From Candidatus Latescibacterota bacterium (lineage in GTDB: Bacteria; Latescibacterota; UBA2968; UBA8231), in NCBI GenBank assembly GCA_965243025.1, contig CBDETY010000003.1, positions 4,352,001 through 4,416,000 on the forward strand: a DNA stretch of 64,000 nucleotides. Reading direction: 5' to 3'. This document shows positions 60,618 through 64,000 of this stretch, piece by piece (the first letter of the stretch is position 1; every line of letters begins with the position of its first letter). The notes below the pieces were generated by a model, which was not told the origin of the DNA, did no database searches, and was given only the letters and a program-made list of their open reading frames with translations. The translations under genes were made by a program, and so were the position numbers.

Positions 60618-62399
60618 CTACTCCTCCGGATCGGTAGCCATCGCCTCTCGCCGGACCCTGGCATTGCGGGCCCGCCCGGCAAGCTCATCCAGGTCCCATC
60701 CTGCGAGCGCGATGTCGGCTTTCAGCTCCTCCGACCACTCCTCCGGCGGGGTGGCCGTTACCCGCTCCACCACTCCCCGATGGAAGTCGCTCAACATGGC
60801 GTTGCCGGATGTGCGCTTGCGAACCGCTTCCATTTTTCGGCGCCCTTCCTCGGCAGTCAGTCCGCCGTTTTCAACTGCCGCCCGGATGCGGCGCACGGTT
60901 GCTTCGAGATTTGGACCACTGCCCTCCCGGCGCTTGCGGACCGCCGCGGCGATCTCTTCGATGGTGCTTTCCGGATCGAGCGCGAGAAGCCTGGCCTTCA
61001 GCTCTGCGGACCATTCGTCCGGGTCGGCAGCCATCGCCACCCGCCACAGCCTGCGCTTGCGGACGCCCTCGGCGATCTCTTCGATGGTGCTGTCCGGATT
61101 CAGCGCGAGGAGCCGGGACTTCAGCTCCGCGGACCACTCGTCCGGATCCGCAGCCAGCGCATCCCGCCAAAGCCTGCGCTTGCGGACCGCCTCGGCGATC
61201 TCCTCGATGCTGCTGTCCGGCTTGAGCGCGAGGAGCCGGGCCTTCAGCTCCGCGGACCATTCGTCCGGATCCGCAGCCAGCGCTTCTCTCCAGGCTCCGT
61301 CCTTCTGACCCGATTCCGTTGCGGCTTCGGCCATCGCCGGGTCGTCCCCCTGGCTGGCGTCCTCACTGCCGTGGGAGGGAAGCGTCACGGCCATCAGGGG
61401 GCCGAGCAGGACCACCGCCAGCACGCGGCCTCGCGTTCCCATCCGGCGGGCACCGCCGCCGAGCGACCTGCGGATCCTCAGGGCCAGATCCGATTCTGTT
61501 GCTGAAAAAGCGTTCACGAGGGGGATTCTCCTTGTCAGGGGGTTAGAGTTGGCTGTCAGCAGGGCGGCGCGGGCAAGACCCCGCGCATAGGTTTCGGAGC
61601 GGCCGGTGGCGCATACGACGAGATCGTCGCACGCCTGTTCCGCTTCCCGCCGCAACATGCAGCCGCAAAGCCATACCGCAGGGTGGAAGAAAAACAGGGC
61701 GGCGATCAGCCGGTGCAGCAGCAGCACGAGGTTGTCCCAGCGGCGCACGTGCCCCAGCTCGTGCATGAGGACCAGTGAGAGTTCATCCGGCCGAAGCTTG
61801 TCCGCGAAGTCGGCGGGGAAAACAATGACCGGTCTCCGGATGCCCACCACCATCGGCAAGCCGACGGAATGTGACGTCGCCACCTCGACTCCGGGGTGGC
61901 AGTCGAACGCCTGACGCGCCTGACGCATGGCATCGAAGAGCGGACCGCCGCGCTGCACCTGCGCCTGCCGCCGCAAGCGCCAGAGGATTCCGCAGCCGAT
62001 CACTATCCGCCCGATGAGCAGCGCCGCCCCTGCAATCCACAGTAACGCCCCCCAGCCGGCTGCAGTTAGTCCCACGCTGCTTGCGGCAACTATCGGAAAA
62101 GCAGCTGCATGCGCCGTTGGTTGCTCGACAGGCAGAATTGCGAGGGCATCCCGGCCGTACTCAGCCAGCGGCACCAACGGGGTGAATGGCGTGAAAAGCG
62201 TATAGGGGGAGCTGACAACGAGGGCGACAACCGGCTTCAACAGCACGACGACCCACAACAGGTGGCGCAGGGCCGGCGACTTGATCCGCAGCAGGCGGTT
62301 GACTGCCAGAACCACCAGGGCCAACACCCCCAGCTCGACACTCAGCTGCCCGAACCACCCGAACAGGTCGCTGCCCAGTCCGTTCAAAGCTGCATTCAC
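60618..62399 (-). CDS. M56 metallopeptidase (BlaR1/MecR1-like) with C-terminal helical repeats
   Basis: GTG overlapping the blaI stop; HELGH, FFFHPAVW, E.ACD; TM then repeats. Confidence 0.88.
   Translation of the reverse strand: MNAALNGLGSDLFGWFGQLSVELGVLALVVLAVNRLLRIKSPALRHLLWVVVLLKPVVALVVSSPYTLFTPFTPLVPLAEYGRDALAILPVEQPTAHAAAFPIVAASSVGLTAAGWGALLWIAGAALLIGRIVIGCGILWRLRRQAQVQRGGPLFDAMRQARQAFDCHPGVEVATSHSVGLPMVVGIRRPVIVFPADFADKLRPDELSLVLMHELGHVRRWDNLVLLLHRLIAALFFFHPAVWLCGCMLRREAEQACDDLVVCATGRSETYARGLARAALLTANSNPLTRRIPLVNAFSATESDLALRIRRSLGGGARRMGTRGRVLAVVLLGPLMAVTLPSHGSEDASQGDDPAMAEAATESGQKDGAWREALAADPDEWSAELKARLLALKPDSSIEEIAEAVRKRRLWRDALAADPDEWSAELKSRLLALNPDSTIEEIAEGVRKRRLWRVAMAADPDEWSAELKARLLALDPESTIEEIAAAVRKRREGSGPNLEATVRRIRAAVENGGLTAEEGRRKMEAVRKRTSGNAMLSDFHRGVVERVTATPPEEWSEELKADIALAGWDLDELAGRARNARVRREAMATDPEE
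60927..61292 (-). repeat. Three 123-bp (41-aa) tandem repeats in the M56 gene
   Basis: WR.A.AADPDEWSAELK.RLLAL.P.S.IEEIA..VRKRR; anchors at 60951, 61074, 61197. Confidence 0.95.
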
Positions 62400-62803
62400 T
62401 TCCGGCCTCCCTTCCTGCGCTCGAGGGCCCGGTCCAGCTCCTGCCGGATCGCGGCCAACTCCTCGTCGCTGAGCGACTGCCCGTCCAGCAGCTGACTGAC
62501 CAGGGCCTCGGCCGAGCCGGAAAAGAACGAGTCGATCACCTCGCCAAGGGAGCGCCGCCCCATGTCCTCCCGCGTTACCACCGGGCGGTAGAGATCGGAC
62601 CGGCCTTCCCGCTCCGAGGCCAGGAAGCCCTTGTCGCGCAGGATGCGCATGACGGTCAGCACCGTGTTGTAGGCCATCGGCTTGACGGTATTCAGCCGCT
62701 CCTGCACCTGCCTGACCGCCGCGGGGGACTCGTCCCACAGGACGTTCATGATCATGGTTTCGAGCGGGGTCAGCTTCCTGCCGGGTTTTTCTCCGGTCGC
62801 CAT
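62396..62803 (-). CDS. BlaI/MecI/CopY-family repressor
   Basis: LT.LE..IM.VLW, AYNTV.T.M..L..KG, FF.GS...LV..L. Confidence 0.93.
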   Translation of the reverse strand: MATGEKPGRKLTPLETMIMNVLWDESPAAVRQVQERLNTVKPMAYNTVLTVMRILRDKGFLASEREGRSDLYRPVVTREDMGRRSLGEVIDSFFSGSAEALVSQLLDGQSLSDEELAAIRQELDRALERRKGGRK

Positions 62804-62816
62804 TTGGCAGCCCTTT

Positions 62817-62880
62817 CAACTAAGAATTTAGTTGCAAAATACCTCGCGATGTCCGACTTGTCAACTAATTTTTTAGTTGA
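62817..62880. promoter_or_regulatory. Two palindromic operators CAACTAA-N4-TTAGTTG upstream of the BlaI-family gene
   Basis: Perfect 7-4-7 at 62817-62834 and 8-4-8 at 62861-62880. Confidence 0.8.
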
Positions 62881-63210
62881 TTCTGAAAAACGGATTGAAA
62901 TGGTCGGAAAATGCGGCCGGCTGTGGTTCTTCTCTTGGAAGGAATGGTAGGTCAGAGGGCCCACAGCGGGAGCCCAGGCACTTCGCGGAACTGGCTGTGG
63001 GTAAGTGATCAGGACCGAGTCAGTCTGAATGGCCTCAGCCGACAGCCAGCGTCATTTCCTGACAGTCATTAGGGTCCACCTTGCGACGGGTCAAGGCGTG
63101 GTATGCAGTCCGTTTCTCGGCGCCCCAAAACCCCGAATGGTCCAGAAATCTGCCCGGTGATTCGCCGGCTGCCGATCCAAGGTCACCTTCAGGGTTTCGC
63201 TTTTCCCTGG

Positions 63211-63999
63211 TTATCGGACACGTCTCGCACCCTGTCTCAGCACATAGTCCGCGATCTTCAAGCCCGTTTTATTGGGTCCGGCCCAAATAAGGTAGTATAG
63301 TGGTCGGCCCCGGGTGTTATGAATCTCCCGTGCTGTAGAAACGTAGCCGAAAACATCTTCGAGTCGTTCGCCATACCACTTCACAAGGACGTCGCCAGCG
63401 TTCTGTATTTTGGTGATGTTGTCTTCACCGAACATATCTGTACGGTGATCGTAAAGCAGGTTGTACCATTCTCCAGTTCCAAAGTATTGGTCGAGTTTGT
63501 CCCGTTCTTTAGACGTGAATTGTCCACTCCTCTTAAGCAGGCGCTGGATGGCCATGCCCACCGGGAAATTAATGAAAACCTCAATAGCCTTGGTCTTGCC
63601 AATTTCGACAATGGTTTCCCAAGGCACCTGCATGCCAAAAGGATCCAAGAAGATGACGCCACGCCAACGATTCCACTGTATCCTATTTTCCCCTAGCAAT
63701 TTGCGCAGATAGTCGTTACAGTCTCTGTCCCGAAGATAAATCTTCCGGTTAGGACTTTCGTATTTTTCCTTCAGCCTTTCAAGTTGATCTAAACGATTCC
63801 TATCCACTTCAATGAAAACGTAGTGTGAGAAAGGCCTTTCCAATTCCAGAGCGATACTCGGGGAGCCGCTGATGTACTCGGCTTCATCAACATCTTGCTC
63901 ACCACGGTCGGAGACCTCGAGCAGTAATTTCTGGGCGGAATCCTCCAGTTGTTGTCGACGGATCCTTAGCGTTCCTGGACCCGCAAAGGCGTCAATGTA
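63211..63999 (-). CDS. tcmP: Three-Cys-motif partner protein (methyltransferase-like); 5' end outside the window
   Basis: YIDAFAGPG, GSP.IAL, FIE.D, DCN, FLDPFG.Q..W, LYYLI.A; low GC. Confidence 0.8.
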   Translation of the reverse strand, partial: YIDAFAGPGTLRIRRQQLEDSAQKLLLEVSDRGEQDVDEAEYISGSPSIALELERPFSHYVFIEVDRNRLDQLERLKEKYESPNRKIYLRDRDCNDYLRKLLGENRIQWNRWRGVIFLDPFGMQVPWETIVEIGKTKAIEVFINFPVGMAIQRLLKRSGQFTSKERDKLDQYFGTGEWYNLLYDHRTDMFGEDNITKIQNAGDVLVKWYGERLEDVFGYVSTAREIHNTRGRPLYYLIWAGPNKTGLKIADYVLRQGARRVR

Positions 64000-64000
64000 G

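Noticed and set aside
50984-60620. Genome-wide amber recoding (two in-frame TAGs)
   Set aside because: Several intact genes end normally at TAG (31414, 45579, 54106, 60299), so nonsense mutation is the simpler explanation

Overview
High-GC bacterial chromosome segment with several lower-GC accessory patches. The gene content suggests a Latescibacterota/Poribacteria-like heterotroph (inference): six secreted proteins ending in a FlgD-Ig-like sorting domain, a TAV..SWARIK C-terminal motif, a DUF6785 membrane protein, four enolase-superfamily acid-sugar dehydratases, three PhyH-family dioxygenases and a sulfatase. Core or metabolic genes include a pncA-pncB NAD-salvage operon, uxuA, an alanine/glycine symporter, a TonB-dependent receptor, purL and a Gfo/AKR/sulfatase operon. 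The most unusual parts: (1) a low-GC array at 49.0-56.3 kb of a repeated secreted beta-propeller gene (two intact copies, one decayed) flanking a 1160-codon surface-protein gene broken by one amber codon, each intact copy preceded by an IS91/ISCR-like transposase remnant; (2) purL with a ~154-aa in-frame repeat insertion; (3) a coupled orphan + PIN-toxin pair; (4) an alpha/beta-hydrolase fused to a chlorinase/fluorinase/DUF62-type C-terminal domain; (5) a secreted tandem-Cache protein with no signalling output; (6) a BlaI/M56 module with twin operators and 41-aa repeats; (7) a 172-bp MITE-like element and several local tandem duplications at gene ends. No CRISPR, tRNA or rRNA was seen. All family assignments come from motif recognition by eye, not database searches.
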